Source of the DNA: an uncultured Chloroflexia bacterium
GTDB lineage: Bacteria; Chloroflexota; Anaerolineae; Anaerolineales; UBA4823
Assembly: GCA_963788145.1 (NCBI GenBank)
Contig: CAWBFQ010000014.1
Span: 86,954-150,953, forward strand
Direction: 5' to 3'
Length of the DNA: 64,000 nucleotides
The notes below the pieces were generated by a model that was given only the letters and a program-made list of their open reading frames with translations, was not told the origin of the DNA and did no database searches. Shown in pieces: positions 48,376-59,581 of this stretch. The translations under genes were made by a program, and so were the position numbers. Numbering within the stretch: position 1 is the stretch's first letter; every line of letters starts with the position of its first letter.

Positions 48376-49257
48376 ATGACCGTCCAAAGCAACTTAGCCC
48401 CAAACCTCCCGATTGATCCGGGTGAATGGACGATGGTGATTCGACCGCAGCGCACCTGGTTTGACCTGCGACTGAGGGAACTGTGGAATTATCGTGACCT
48501 GATTGGGCTTTTTGTGCGCCGCGATTTCGTCTCGGTATATAAACAAACCATTCTCGGACCGCTCTGGTATATCATCCAGCCCATCATGACCACACTGATC
48601 TTCACGGTGATCTTTGGCAGGATCGCCCGCCTGTCGACTGATGGCTTGCCCCAATTCTTGTTCTATATGTCGGGTACAATCGTTTGGGGCTATTTCGCTG
48701 AATGTCTGGCAAAAACATCCAATACATTTATTACCAATGCCCAACTCTTCGGCAAGGTATATTTTCCGCGCCTGACGGTGCCTATCTCGATTCTGATTTC
48801 AAACCTGATCGCCTTCTCGATTCAGTTTCTGCTCTTTTTGGGTTTCGTCGCCTATTACTGGTTCGCAGGCGCTGACATTCAGCCAAATCCGTGGGTCTTG
48901 TTCACCCCGGTCCTGGTGCTGATCATGGCCGGGTTGGGGTTGGGCTTTGGGATTATCGTCTCATCTTTGACAACTCGTTATCGTGATTTACGCTTTTTGG
49001 TCACCTTTGGGGTTCAGCTATGGATGTACGTCACGCCGGTCATTTACCCAACCTCAACCATCCCAGAGCGCTACCGCCCATTTATCCAGGCTAACCCACT
49101 CACACCGATTATTGAGACCTTCCGCTACGCCTTTCTGGGCGCAGGCAGTGCAAACCCGCTCAACTTGCTCTACAGCGCCGGGTTTATGCTGGTTGTCTTG
49201 CTGCTGGGCATCCTGTTATTCAACCGGATCGAGGCAACCTTTATGGATACTGTGTAA
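48376..49257 (+). CDS. wzm: ABC-2 type polysaccharide exporter permease
   Basis: 293 aa with six TM helices and an N-terminal [31 protein letters not shown] signature. Confidence 0.85.
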   Translation: MTVQSNLAPNLPIDPGEWTMVIRPQRTWFDLRLRELWNYRDLIGLFVRRDFVSVYKQTILGPLWYIIQPIMTTLIFTVIFGRIARLSTDGLPQFLFYMSGTIVWGYFAECLAKTSNTFITNAQLFGKVYFPRLTVPISILISNLIAFSIQFLLFLGFVAYYWFAGADIQPNPWVLFTPVLVLIMAGLGLGFGIIVSSLTTRYRDLRFLVTFGVQLWMYVTPVIYPTSTIPERYRPFIQANPLTPIIETFRYAFLGAGSANPLNLLYSAGFMLVVLLLGILLFNRIEATFMDTV

Positions 49258-49270
49258 ACAGGAAATTTGC

Positions 49271-50613
49271 ATGCCAATTGCAATTGTTGTGGATCAACTA
49301 AGCAAAGAATACCGCCTGGGTCAAATCAGCAGCGGCACTCTGCGCGAGGACCTCAATCGCTGGTGGGCCCGCAAGCTCGGTCGGCCTGACCCAACTATTA
49401 AGATTGGACAGGATGAAGGCAGATACAAAGCATTCGATAGCGGGTTTGGACGCGATGGAGACCGCATTTGGGCTTTGCAGAACGTCAGCTTCACCGTCGA
49501 GCAAGGAAAAGTGTTGGGGATTATCGGTCGCAACGGGGCTGGCAAGAGTACATTGCTAAAAATCCTCTCCCGCATCACCGCCCCCAGCCTCGGGAGAAAT
49601 TAGAGTAAAAGGACGGGTTGCCAGTCTGCTAGAAGTGGGCACCGGTTTTCATCCAGAATTGACAGGACGGGAAAACATCTATTTAAACGGCGCAATCCTG
49701 GGCATGAACCAACGCGAGATCGAAAATAAATTTGACGAAATTGTGGATTTCTCTGAAGTGCAAAAGTTCATCGATACACCTGTCAAGCGATATTCCAGTG
49801 GGATGTATGTCCGGCTGGCTTTCGCGGTGGCTGCTCACCTGGAACCGGAGATCCTGGTCGTAGACGAAGTTTTGGCGGTTGGAGACGCCGAGTTTCAACG
49901 GAAGTGCCTGGGAAAAATGAGCGATGTGGCTCGCTCAGGACGAACGGTTCTGTTCGTCAGCCATAACATGTCCGCAGTCATGCGTCTGACCGAGGAAACC
50001 ATCGTGCTAAATAAGGGTAGTCTGGCTCTGATGGCAGAAACCTCGCACGCTGTGGACTATTATATGTCTTCCGGGCTCGCCCAGGTCGGCGAACGGCGCT
50101 GGGAGTCAGATGAGGTTCCATCTAACGCAGCCCCATTCTGCCCGCTCTTCTTGAGAATCCGTGATGGGCGCGGTCAGATCACCGAAAGCGTGCGTTCGAC
50201 CGAGCCGCTAATCATTGAATTCCACTATCGCCTGCAAGCCCCGGTCATGGGATTGCGAGTCGGGCTTTATTTGCAAACCGCGCGCGGTGAAATGGTACTC
50301 ACAACATTTGATACTGATAAGTCAACCCATTTCGAGAACTCATCGGACGCGTCAAGCTGGCGATTATATCAGCCGTTGTGAGATTCCCGGCGATTTTTTG
50401 AATGAAGGTCGCTATGTGTTGGGAGTCAATGCCAGCTCTTACCGAGTCCGGCGCTTTTTTCAGGAGGAACAAGCGATCTCATTCACAGTAGACGCCACTG
50501 GCGCTCCTGGCTCGCATTGGCTGGAGGTTCGCCAAGGCCCCATCCGACCGCGTCTGGAATGGGAGATCGTCAATGTGCGGATGAAGGACATCCGGGGTGT
50601 GGAGCATGATTAA
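49271..50613 (+). CDS. wzt: polysaccharide ABC transporter ATP-binding protein with C-terminal extension (Wzt-like), frame broken twice (49581-49589 and about 50343)
   Basis: Walker [10 protein letters not shown] (ORF 48983..49603), then [35 protein letters not shown]-like [12 protein letters not shown], and Walker B ILVVDE (ORF 49635..50381), then the C-terminal domain [23 protein letters not shown] (ORF 50215..50613). Confidence 0.85.
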
Positions 50614-52361
50614 GAAACAGGCAGTCAAAAACCTGCTAGGTGAGTTGCCCTTGACCGCCGAAATTTACTGGCATCTCTTTCAGCATGACCAACCTGTCAC
50701 CCGCAGCTTTTCGCTCCGCAAGACAGCGAAGCGGCTGCCAGAATGGTGCGCACAAGCGGAAAATGGGCGCAAAGCCATACGAACTGATGGGCGCAGGGTA
50801 TTGCTTTTTTGCACTCTGCGCTATTGGATCGAACATGCTGCTCTTCTCAGTGTCACCCTGGCGGGGATGGGGCATCAGGTCACGCTGGCTTATCTTCCCT
50901 ACCCAAGTTTCAATCGCCCGCTCTCTCGCTTCGATATTCGCCGTAACAATGCTTACACCCATAGCGTGCTGAAAGCAGCTTCTGGGATCATACAGCCACT
51001 CTCACTGCTAGACGTGCAACCCGAGCCGCCAGCTTCGCTGCCATCTGAACTCGTCAAAGCCATCCGGGAAGTCAGCCTCCGCGACACCCAATACACGCTC
51101 CAGGTGGAACAAGTCGATAGCAATATTGAAGCGGGTTCCGGACAATTATCCCTGTCCAACCGGCTTTTCCACTTACGCCAGGAGCGCAACCAGCACGCCG
51201 CTGCGGCTGCTTTGGGCTGGATTCAATCGCTGACCGGAACTCGTGCCAGACCCGATCAGCGACCGGATGTATTGATCACTCCAAATGGCAGTATCCTGGA
51301 AATGGGCGCAGTTTACCAAACCGCCCGTTTTCTCGGCATCCCGGCTGTCACCTACGAATTCGGCGAGCAGCGCGGGCGGATTTGGTTAGCGCAGAACAGC
51401 GAAGTGATGCTGCAAGAAACAGATCGACCTCTGGTTGACGAAACGCGATATTTCCCTGACTGAGAGCCAGTGGGGACAGATCCGTTCCCTGTACGCATCC
51501 CGTCAAAACGGACGGCTGTGGGAAAATTTTTCTCGCCTCTGGCAAGGTTTACCCAGCCAGGGCGGCGAGAGCGTCCGCAGGGAGTTGGACCTGGACGATC
51601 GTCCGCTGGTACTGCTGGCAGCCAATGTCATCGGAGACAGCCTGACCCTTGGACGCCAGGTCTTCAGCCAGAATATGACTGAATGGCTGGAACAGAGCGT
51701 TCAGTTCTTTGCCGGTCGTACAGATGCCCAACTGATCGTTCGGATCCATCCCGGCGAGCGCTATTTAAAAGGGCCTTCAGTTGCTGAAGTCGTTAGAAAT
51801 GCATTGCCGGAACTCCCAGACCATATCCATTTGATCGAGGCGGACGCCCCCATCAACACCTATGATCTGGTTGAGATCGCCGATCTGGGTCTGGCATATA
51901 CCACCACAGTAGGGATGGAAATGGCGATGAGCGGCGTCCCAACGATACTGGGCGGCAAGACCCATTATCGGGGTAAAGGGTTTACCCTCGATCCGACCAG
52001 TTGGGAAGATTATTTCGGGACCGTGGAGCGGGTATTACAAGCGCCTGCAAGATACCGATTGCCGCGCGAGCAGGTGGAATGGGCATGGAACTATGCTTAT
52101 CGTTTTTTCTTTGAATATCCCAGTCCTTTCCCCTGGCACCTGTTAAATTTCTGGGACGAACTGGATACCTGGCCGGTGGCACGAGTGCTCTCTGCTGAAG
52201 GTCAGGCGGTTTTCGGCCCGACATTCGATCATTTGGTGGGCATCGCGCGATCTTGGTCGCAGACGCAATTGGGGTCAGCAGATCTCAACCATTCAACAAC
52301 CAGGATCGCGGACAGCGATCAAGCCCGAAACTTGTTTCGGCGCAGCACAGGCGAGGCATGA
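50606..52361 (+). CDS. Capsule_synth (KpsS/KpsC)-like glycosyltransferase candidate, frame broken once (about 51419)
   Basis: ORFs 50597..51463 and 51435..52361 join into a protein of about 585 aa. The second half has VLLAANVIGDSLTL...LIVRIHPGE, a pattern like the Capsule_synth family. The call comes from pattern memory only. Confidence 0.45.
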
Positions 52362-53278
52362 TGACAGAAGCTAAACCGGAAGTTAAACAGGAAGTTCGCC
52401 AATTTTACGACGAGATCGGATGGAAATTAGTCGGCGAAGATGGCGATCAAAATGCGGTTTATCAAAATGCTCGCTATGAAGACCTGCGCCCGGTTTCACA
52501 GCGCTACATTCATGATTGCCATCTGCGAGTAGCCGCCCATCTGAACCCGGTAGGAAGATTTTTACTCGACGCAGGCTCAGGCCCGGTTCAATACCCAGAA
52601 TATCTGGAATATTCCAGGGGGTTTGATCAGCGTGTTTGCGCCGATATTTCAATCACAGCATTAACTGAAGCCCGACGCCGATTGGGAAACCACGGATATT
52701 ATGTGGTCGCGGATGTAGCCAACCTGCCTTTTGTCCGAGATGCATTTGAAGGTGTGGTCTCATTGCACACCATCCATCATCTGCCTGAAGAAGAGCATGT
52801 ACAGGCCTTCCAGGAAATCTATCGCGTATTAGCGCCGGGAAATACTGCGGTTGTCGTCAACGGCTGGGCTAGCTCGCAATTGATGAAAACCTTCGAACCG
52901 TTCATGCAAGTTGCGTATACTTTGCGGCATATCTTCTATCGCCTGAGCCGAAAAAGCCCTTATTATACCAATCATCCAGCCGGTGATGGCGACCCAGAGA
53001 ACCCACCCCGGCGCAAAGAGAAAAGGAATAATGAAGACACTCAAAAAGGGACCTTCACCAACAAACATGATGCAGCATGGATGAAAGCTGAGGTCGGCAG
53101 GTTGATGCCGATCCGCATCCTGGTGTGGCGCAGTGTTACCGTCCGGTTTATGCGGGCTATGATCCATCCCTTCCTGGGTGGGCGGCTTTGGCTGCACATG
53201 TTGTATGGATTGGAAGAACGTTATCCTGAATATTTTGGTGAAAAGGGAAAATACCCTCTCATCGTGATCAACAAATGA
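52358..53278 (+). CDS. class I SAM-dependent methyltransferase
   Basis: FLLDAGSGPV (motif I) and VVSLHTIHHL. ATGA overlap with the upstream gene. Confidence 0.75.
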   Translation: MMTEAKPEVKQEVRQFYDEIGWKLVGEDGDQNAVYQNARYEDLRPVSQRYIHDCHLRVAAHLNPVGRFLLDAGSGPVQYPEYLEYSRGFDQRVCADISITALTEARRRLGNHGYYVVADVANLPFVRDAFEGVVSLHTIHHLPEEEHVQAFQEIYRVLAPGNTAVVVNGWASSQLMKTFEPFMQVAYTLRHIFYRLSRKSPYYTNHPAGDGDPENPPRRKEKRNNEDTQKGTFTNKHDAAWMKAEVGRLMPIRILVWRSVTVRFMRAMIHPFLGGRLWLHMLYGLEERYPEYFGEKGKYPLIVINK

Positions 53279-53312
53279 CGAGAATTGTACCAATGAGGCT
53301 GGTAAAGAAAAA

Positions 53313-54324
53313 ATGGAATGGAAAGATAAAGTCATCCTGGTAACCGGCGGAACCGGGTCGTTTGGCAAAAAATTCATTGAGATCATGCTGGCAGAATATC
53401 ATCCGGCCAAGCTGATTGTTTTCAGCCGCGACGAGCTGAAGCAGCACGAGATGCGCGTTGCGGGTTTCGATCACCCCAAACTGCGATATTTCATTGGAGA
53501 TGTGCGCGACCTGGGACGCTTGAAACGCGCCATGCATGGAGTTGATATCGTGATTCATGCCGCCGCGCTCAAGCAGGTGCCGGCTTGTGAATATAACCCG
53601 ATGGAGGCGATTAAGACCAACATTTTGGGCAGCAGCAATATCATTGAAGCCGCGTTGGATGCCGGTGTAGAAAAAGTAATGGCGCTGAGCACCGATAAAG
53701 CTGTCAGCCCGGTAAATCTCTATGGAGCAACCAAGCTCGCAGCTGAGAAGCTATTCGTCCAAAGCAACTCTTATGCGGCTGGCACTGCCACCCGTTTTAG
53801 CTGCGTCCGTTATGGTAATGTGGTCGGCAGCCGCGGCAGTGTGATCCCGATCTTCATCAACCAGCGAACAACCGGTAAACTGACCATCACCGATGAGCGC
53901 ATGACCCGTTTCTGGCTGACGCTTGAACAAGGTGTGCAATTTGTGATCCACTGCACCGAAGACATGCAAGGCGGAGAAGTCTTTGTCCCCAAGAATTCCC
54001 TCCACCCGCATCATTGACTTAGCAAAAGTGATTGCGCCACAGGCTCAAATTGAGGTCATCGGCATTCGCCCTGGCGAAAAATTACATGAGGTTTTGATCA
54101 ATGAAGATGAAGCGCGCTCAACGCTGGAGCGCGCCGACCTGTATGTAGTGACGCCCTCGACCCCGCTCTGGCAGCGGGACCTGCATTATGGAGGCCATCC
54201 GCTGCCTGAGGGTTTTCGCTACGCCAGCGATACCAATCCAGACTGGCTGACAGTCGATCAGATTCGTGAGTATGTTGCCCCGTTCGAGGCGAAACCAGTT
54301 TCGGGCGAAATCAGCCTGACCTGA
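53313..54324 (+). CDS. pseB: UDP-N-acetylglucosamine 4,6-dehydratase (PseB/FlaA1/CapD family), frame broken once at about 53994
   Basis: VTGGTGSFGK, STDKAV and YGATKLAAE lie in ORF 53313..54017. The continuation IPSTRIIDLAKVI...GIRPGEKLHE lies in ORF 53983..54324. Confidence 0.8.
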
Positions 54325-54377
54325 ACGCGGCTTAATCATTAAGGCGATGATTCATATCGTAAACCGGAGGATGGGTC

Positions 54378-55367
54378 GTGCGGAAATGCCGCATCCTGAT
54401 CACAGGAGCCAGCGGCTTGCTCGGCCTGAACACAGCCATCGAGGCGGCAGCAGGACATCAGGTCTTTGGCCAGGTCAATGGTCACTTGCTCGATGCCAGC
54501 AGAGTCGAAGCGATCGCTTCGCCCTCACAAGCCAGCTTCGAAATCATTCAAGCCGATCTGTTGGCTCCGGGAGCCGTGCAGCGCCTATTGGATCAAACCC
54601 AGCCTGATTGGGTAATCCACTGCGCTGCGCTGGCCATCATCGATGCCTGCGAGAAGAACCCACAGCAGGCTCGCCAACTGAATACAGAAATCCCCCGTCA
54701 ACTGGCCCGTAATGTCGCCAGGGGCGGAGCGCGCCTGCTACATGTTTCGACCGATGCGGTCTTCGACGGTGTGCGCGGCAATTACAGCGAGGATGATTTG
54801 CCAAACCCGTTGAGCATTTACGCCCACACCAAACTGGAAGGCGAGCGGGCTGTCGCCGAGGAAAACCCGGATGCAGTAATCGCGCGAGTCAATTTGTTTG
54901 GTTGGAGTCTGTCTGGTAAACGCAGCCTGGCTGAGTTCTTCTTCAACAATTTGGCTGCAGGGAAAACCTGTATGGGTTTCACGGATGTGTTTTTTTGCCC
55001 AATGCTCGCCAATGATCTGGGATTGCTCTTCCTCGAAATGCTCGATTCAGGTCTTAGCGGTTTATACCATGCCGTGAGCAGCGAATGCATCAGCAAGTAT
55101 GAGTTCGGCCGCCGGCTGGCGCAAATTTTCGGATTGAGCGAAGAACTTGTCATCCCCACATCGGTCTATGACTCTGGTCTTTTGGCTGCTCGATCCCCCA
55201 ACCTGACCCTGAGCACCCAAAAATTAGCCGGCGCGCTGCACAAACCCAATCCGAATTTATCCACCGGCCTGGAGAAGTTTTACACACAATATCAACAGGG
55301 TTATCCACAGCGGTTATCCCGCATGCATATCCCAGACCTCACTAATCAAAAAAAGGAGGCTGGATAA
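54378..55367 (+). CDS. NAD(P)-dependent sugar reductase (RmlD substrate-binding family)
   Basis: ILITGASGLLG, STDAVFDG and YAHTKLEGE (YxxxK) motifs. GTG start. Confidence 0.7.
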   Translation: MRKCRILITGASGLLGLNTAIEAAAGHQVFGQVNGHLLDASRVEAIASPSQASFEIIQADLLAPGAVQRLLDQTQPDWVIHCAALAIIDACEKNPQQARQLNTEIPRQLARNVARGGARLLHVSTDAVFDGVRGNYSEDDLPNPLSIYAHTKLEGERAVAEENPDAVIARVNLFGWSLSGKRSLAEFFFNNLAAGKTCMGFTDVFFCPMLANDLGLLFLEMLDSGLSGLYHAVSSECISKYEFGRRLAQIFGLSEELVIPTSVYDSGLLAARSPNLTLSTQKLAGALHKPNPNLSTGLEKFYTQYQQGYPQRLSRMHIPDLTNQKKEAG

Positions 55368-55401
55368 TCCAGCCCCAAACCGCAAAACCAGGAGCGCAAA
55401 A

Positions 55402-56469
55402 ATGGAGATACAGATTGGTTCCCGAAAAATCGGCCCTACTCACCCCACCTATTTCATCGCCGACGTCGCCGCCAATCACGATGGCGACCTGGAGCGCGCA
55501 AAATTGCTGATCCGCCTGGCAAAAGAAGCCGGCGCTGACGCAGCCAAATTCCAGAATTTCCGCGCCCCCATGATCGTCTCCGATTACGGTTTTCGCAATA
55601 TGGGCGACCAGGTTTCTCATCAGGCAAGCTGGAAAAAATCCGTTTTTCAGGTCTATCATGAAGCATCCATCCCTTTCGAGTGGACAATCCTGCTTAAAGA
55701 AGAGTGCGACAAAGTCGGCCTCGATTTCTTTTCATCCCCTTACGATTTTGAAGCCATCGATTTCCTCGACCCTTATGTCGAGATGTACAAAGCCGGTTCA
55801 GGCGAAATTGACTGGCTGGAAGCCCTGGCGCGCATGGCCAGCAAAGGAAAACCCTTCTTCGTTGCGACTGGCGCTTCCACCATTGGCGAGGTGCAGCGAG
55901 CCGTGCATACCATCCTCAGGATCAACCCGCAACTCGTGCTGATGCAGTGCAACACCAATTACACTGCCAGCCCGGAAAACTATGACCATCTGCATCTGAA
56001 CGTCTTGAAAACCTATGCGGTGATGTTCCCGGATATCATTTTAGGTTTATCGGATCACACCCACGCGAACGCGCCTGTGCTTGGCGCAGTGGCTCTCGGC
56101 GCGCGGGTGATTGAGCGCCATTTCACCGACAGCAACCAGCGCGAAGGTCCGGATCACAAATTTGCGATGAACCCGCATACCTGGGCAAATATGGTCGAGG
56201 AAACTCGCCTGCTGGAACGCTCCCTGGGGAGTGCCGATAAATTCATTGGCAAGAATGAGATCGACACCGCTATCGTCCAGCGCCGCTGCTTGCGGGCTGC
56301 ACGCGACATCCAGGCTGGTGAAACCTTCACCCGCGAGATGATCGATGTACTTCGCCCCGCCACGCCCGGAGCGATCAAGCCAAGTGAAATTGAGGATGTG
56401 ATTGGGACAAAAGCTTTGTTTGATCTGCCTTATGGAAAAGAGATCAGGTGGACGGACCTGGGCAAATAA
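55402..56469 (+). CDS. neuB: nonulosonic acid synthase (NeuB/PseI/LegI family)
   Basis: PTYFIADVAANHDGDLERAKLLI..AGADAAKFQNF, LSDHT and ERHFT motifs, plus a C-terminal SAF-like domain. Confidence 0.8.
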   Translation: MEIQIGSRKIGPTHPTYFIADVAANHDGDLERAKLLIRLAKEAGADAAKFQNFRAPMIVSDYGFRNMGDQVSHQASWKKSVFQVYHEASIPFEWTILLKEECDKVGLDFFSSPYDFEAIDFLDPYVEMYKAGSGEIDWLEALARMASKGKPFFVATGASTIGEVQRAVHTILRINPQLVLMQCNTNYTASPENYDHLHLNVLKTYAVMFPDIILGLSDHTHANAPVLGAVALGARVIERHFTDSNQREGPDHKFAMNPHTWANMVEETRLLERSLGSADKFIGKNEIDTAIVQRRCLRAARDIQAGETFTREMIDVLRPATPGAIKPSEIEDVIGTKALFDLPYGKEIRWTDLGK

Positions 56470-57686
56470 TGCCGCTAAAAGAGGTCTACTCGAAACCGGT
56501 TCCGAGGCGGATTCTCTATTTTTCACGTGACTATTCCACTCACGACCACCGTTTTTTATCTGCCCTCGCATCCGAAACCAGCAGCAGCGGTCTGGAACAG
56601 ATCTATTACCTGCGCCTGGAACAACGCGGTCCTGTTTTGGAAGAGCGCGCTTTGCCACCCGAAATTGAGATCGTCCATTGGAGCGGCGGCAATAAACCTG
56701 CTCGACTGGCGAATAGCCCCAGGCTACTTCTCGGCCTGAAAAAGATTATTCGGACTATAAAACCGGATATGATCCTGGCCGGTCCGATCCAGCGGTCCGC
56801 CTTCCTGGTTGCATTGAGCGGGTTCAAGCCGCTTGTCAGCATGTCCTGGGGCTACGACCTATTGCAGGACGCCCGGCGTAACCCGATCTGGGAATGGGCT
56901 ACCCGTTATACCTTCCGTCGCAGTGCGGCTCTGGTCGGCGACTGCCAGACAATTCGAGATTTGGCAATTTCTTATGGAATGCCTGCTGATCGCATCATCA
57001 CCTTCCCCTGGGGCATCGACCTGGATCATTTCAAACCATCGATCTCTAATACGATCCCCTCACAGATCCATTCTGACTCCACCGAATCCGTTAGTGATGC
57101 GCCGTTCACTCTGCTCTCGACCCGCAGCTGGGAGCCGATCTATGGCGTGGATGTGATCGCCCGCGCTTTTATCAAGGCTGCCACGGTACGACCTGAACTG
57201 CGCCTGGCGATGCTGGGCAATGGGTCGCAAGCTGGCTTGCTGCGCCAGATCCTTGAAAAGGTGAACGTTGCGGATAACAAGAATCCGTCTGAGCGTTATG
57301 GCTCGCACCGAGTATTGTATCCCGGTCAGGTCGGCTACAACGATTTGCCCCGCTATTACCGCTCGGCAGATCTGTATCTTTCGGCTTCTCATAGCGACGG
57401 CAGTTCCATCTCCCTGCTCGAGGCGATGGCCTGTGGTCTTCCAGTCCTGGTCTCGGATATTCCCGGCAACCGGGAGTGGGTTGAGCCTGGAGTCAATGGC
57501 TGGCTTTTTCCGGATGGAGACATTGAAGCGTTGGCCAAAGCGATCCTGCAAGCAATAGACCAGCGCAGTCGCCTACCGGAAATGGGACGCCAGTCGCGCC
57601 AGATCGCCGAACAGCGCGCCGATTGGCAGAAGAATTTCCCCAATCTGTTTCGCGCCATCGAAATCGCTTTAAATCATGCTGCCTGA
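56469..57686 (+). CDS. family 4 glycosyltransferase
   Basis: C-terminal SISLLEAMACGLPVLVSDIPGNREWV (EX7E region). The start codon overlaps the neuB stop (TAATG). Confidence 0.75.
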   Translation: MPLKEVYSKPVPRRILYFSRDYSTHDHRFLSALASETSSSGLEQIYYLRLEQRGPVLEERALPPEIEIVHWSGGNKPARLANSPRLLLGLKKIIRTIKPDMILAGPIQRSAFLVALSGFKPLVSMSWGYDLLQDARRNPIWEWATRYTFRRSAALVGDCQTIRDLAISYGMPADRIITFPWGIDLDHFKPSISNTIPSQIHSDSTESVSDAPFTLLSTRSWEPIYGVDVIARAFIKAATVRPELRLAMLGNGSQAGLLRQILEKVNVADNKNPSERYGSHRVLYPGQVGYNDLPRYYRSADLYLSASHSDGSSISLLEAMACGLPVLVSDIPGNREWVEPGVNGWLFPDGDIEALAKAILQAIDQRSRLPEMGRQSRQIAEQRADWQKNFPNLFRAIEIALNHAA

Positions 57687-57693
57687 GAATCAA

Positions 57694-58630
57694 ATGAAAC
57701 ATACTATCGCCATCATCCAAGCCCGCATGAGCTCAAGTCGCCTGCCGGGTAAAGTGCTGCTTGAAATCACTGGTAAGCCAATGTTAAACCGGGTGATCGA
57801 GCGCGTTTGCCGGGCAGAGACCATCGATCAAGTGATCGTCGCAACGACCGATGATTCATCCGATAACCCGATCGCAGAACTATGCAAGAAAAGCGGTTAC
57901 CCATGTTATCGGGGCAGTATGCATGACGTGTTGGATCGCTATTATCAAACTGCGCGTCAGTACGATCCAGATTTGATTGTGCGCATCACTGCTGATTGTC
58001 CATTGATTGATCCACAGGTCATCGATCGCGCTGTATTGGCTTTCCTCGGCACAACTCAGCCGCAAGATTGCCTGCTGCATGGTGATCTCCAAAGACATGA
58101 AGACAGCCCAGATCTAAAATTTCCAGCGGATCCGAAACATCTCCTGGATGTTCTTTATCCGCCAGAGGGGCAATATCCGTATGACTTTGCGGCAAACCGC
58201 CTGCCGCCTCCGTGGGGACGCACGTATCCAATCGGCCTCGATACGGAAGTGTGTTCGTTTGAAGCGCTGGAAACGGCCTGGGAGGAAGCCCAGGAGCCAT
58301 ACCAGCGAGAGCATGTCATGCCGTTTTTCTATGATCATCTCGATCGTTTTCGAAGTCTTGCTCGTCCATAACGAGAAAGATTATGGAACCTTGCGTTGGA
58401 CGGTGGATACGCCGGAGGATCTTGAGCTGCTACGCCAGATCTATGCCCATTTCCCGGACCGAGATAATTTTTCCTGGCTGGAGGTGCTGGCCCTGTTCGA
58501 AAGCAACCCGGAGCTGGCTGACATCAATGCCCAGGTCCAGGCCAAGCATTACCGCCAGGTTGATGGCAGATATAAAACATCTGGCAGATACAAAACATCT
58601 GGCAGATACAAAACATCTGAGCGCAAATGA
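57694..58630 (+). CDS. cytidylyltransferase (SpsF / acylneuraminate cytidylyltransferase family), frame broken once at 58348-58351
   Basis: AIIQARMSSSRLPGKVL and REHVMPFFY lie in ORF 57676..58371. The continuation LLVHNEKDYGTLRWTVDTPEDLELLRQIY lies in ORF 58148..58630 and ends with the (GRYKTS)x3 repeat. Confidence 0.75.
58565..58618 (+). repeat. 18-bp tandem repeat, 3 copies, at the 3' end of the cytidylyltransferase gene
   Basis: GGCAGATA(T/C)AAAACATCT x3, in frame (GRYKTS x3), ending 10 nt before the stop codon and the ATG of the next gene. Confidence 0.95.
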
Positions 58631-59551
58631 CATTCCTGACGATTTTCTCTGCCCCAAAACCATTCACAAACCCTCATATTGCCGTCATCCAGCGCAATGC
58701 GATCCAATCCTGGCTGCACCTTGAAATGGGCAAAACCAGTTCCGCCCATTTCAAGCCCGAGGTGGATGTCTTTCTGGTAGGCGAGGAAGAAGGGATGCGT
58801 GAAGTTGCCTCCGAAAATTCGATCCCACTGCTGGCAAATGTCAGACGGAACGAATCCGGCACCCCTCTGGTCAGTTCGATATTCGATCTGGCTCGTCAGG
58901 CCAGCGATAGCCCTTATCTGGCTTATGTGAATGGCGATATCTTGCTGCTGCCGGATATCCTGCGGGCTATCCACCAAATAGCAGAAGAAATGACCAGGCA
59001 AACAGGCCGTCAATTCTTGCTGATTGGGCAGCGCTGGGATTTGGATGTGAAAGAATTGCTAGATTTCTCTCCCGGCTGGGCAGATCGTCTTCAGGCCATG
59101 GCGCGCGGCAAAGGCCGGCTTCACGCCCCAGCAGGCAGCGATTATTTTGTATTTCCACGTTCGGCTTTCAATGAGATGCCAGATTTTGCGATCGGGCGCG
59201 CTGGCTGGGATAACTGGATGATTTATCATGCCCGCCAACACGGTTGGCCGGTAATCGATGGCACACCTGCGCTGATGGTGATCCACCAGAGCCACGATTA
59301 TAGTCATCTACCCGGTGGCTCGTCCCCATTATGACCTGGCCGAAAGCCAGCATAATATGCAGATGGGCGGCGGGCTGAAGCATATGTATATGGTGCTCGA
59401 CGCCGACCACCAGTTACGCAATGGCAAAATTGTTCGGCCGCGTTTCACCTGGCTGCGCTTCATCCGTTATTTCGAGGTTAAATTGATGCCGGAAAGCGGC
59501 GAACTTCGTGCGGCTGCGCGGCCGAGCTCACTCGCCGTCTGCGTAAACTGA
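58627..59551 (+). CDS. hypothetical protein, glycosyltransferase-like, frame broken once (59315-59326)
   Basis: ORFs 58627..59334 and 59315..59551 join (…HQSHDYSHLPGG | HYDLAESQHNMQMGGGL…). YVNGDILLLPD and AGSDYFVFPR suggest a GT-A-like fold. The family was not recognised. Confidence 0.4.
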
Positions 59552-59581
59552 GGCGAAAACTGGGAAGAAGAATCATGACGG

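Noticed and set aside
39013-58618. CRISPR array or other interspersed repeat system
   Set aside because: The only exact repeats I found are the two 18-bp tandem, spacer-less, in-frame coding repeats at 39013 and 58565. There is no repeat-spacer architecture and no cas-like gene in the window.
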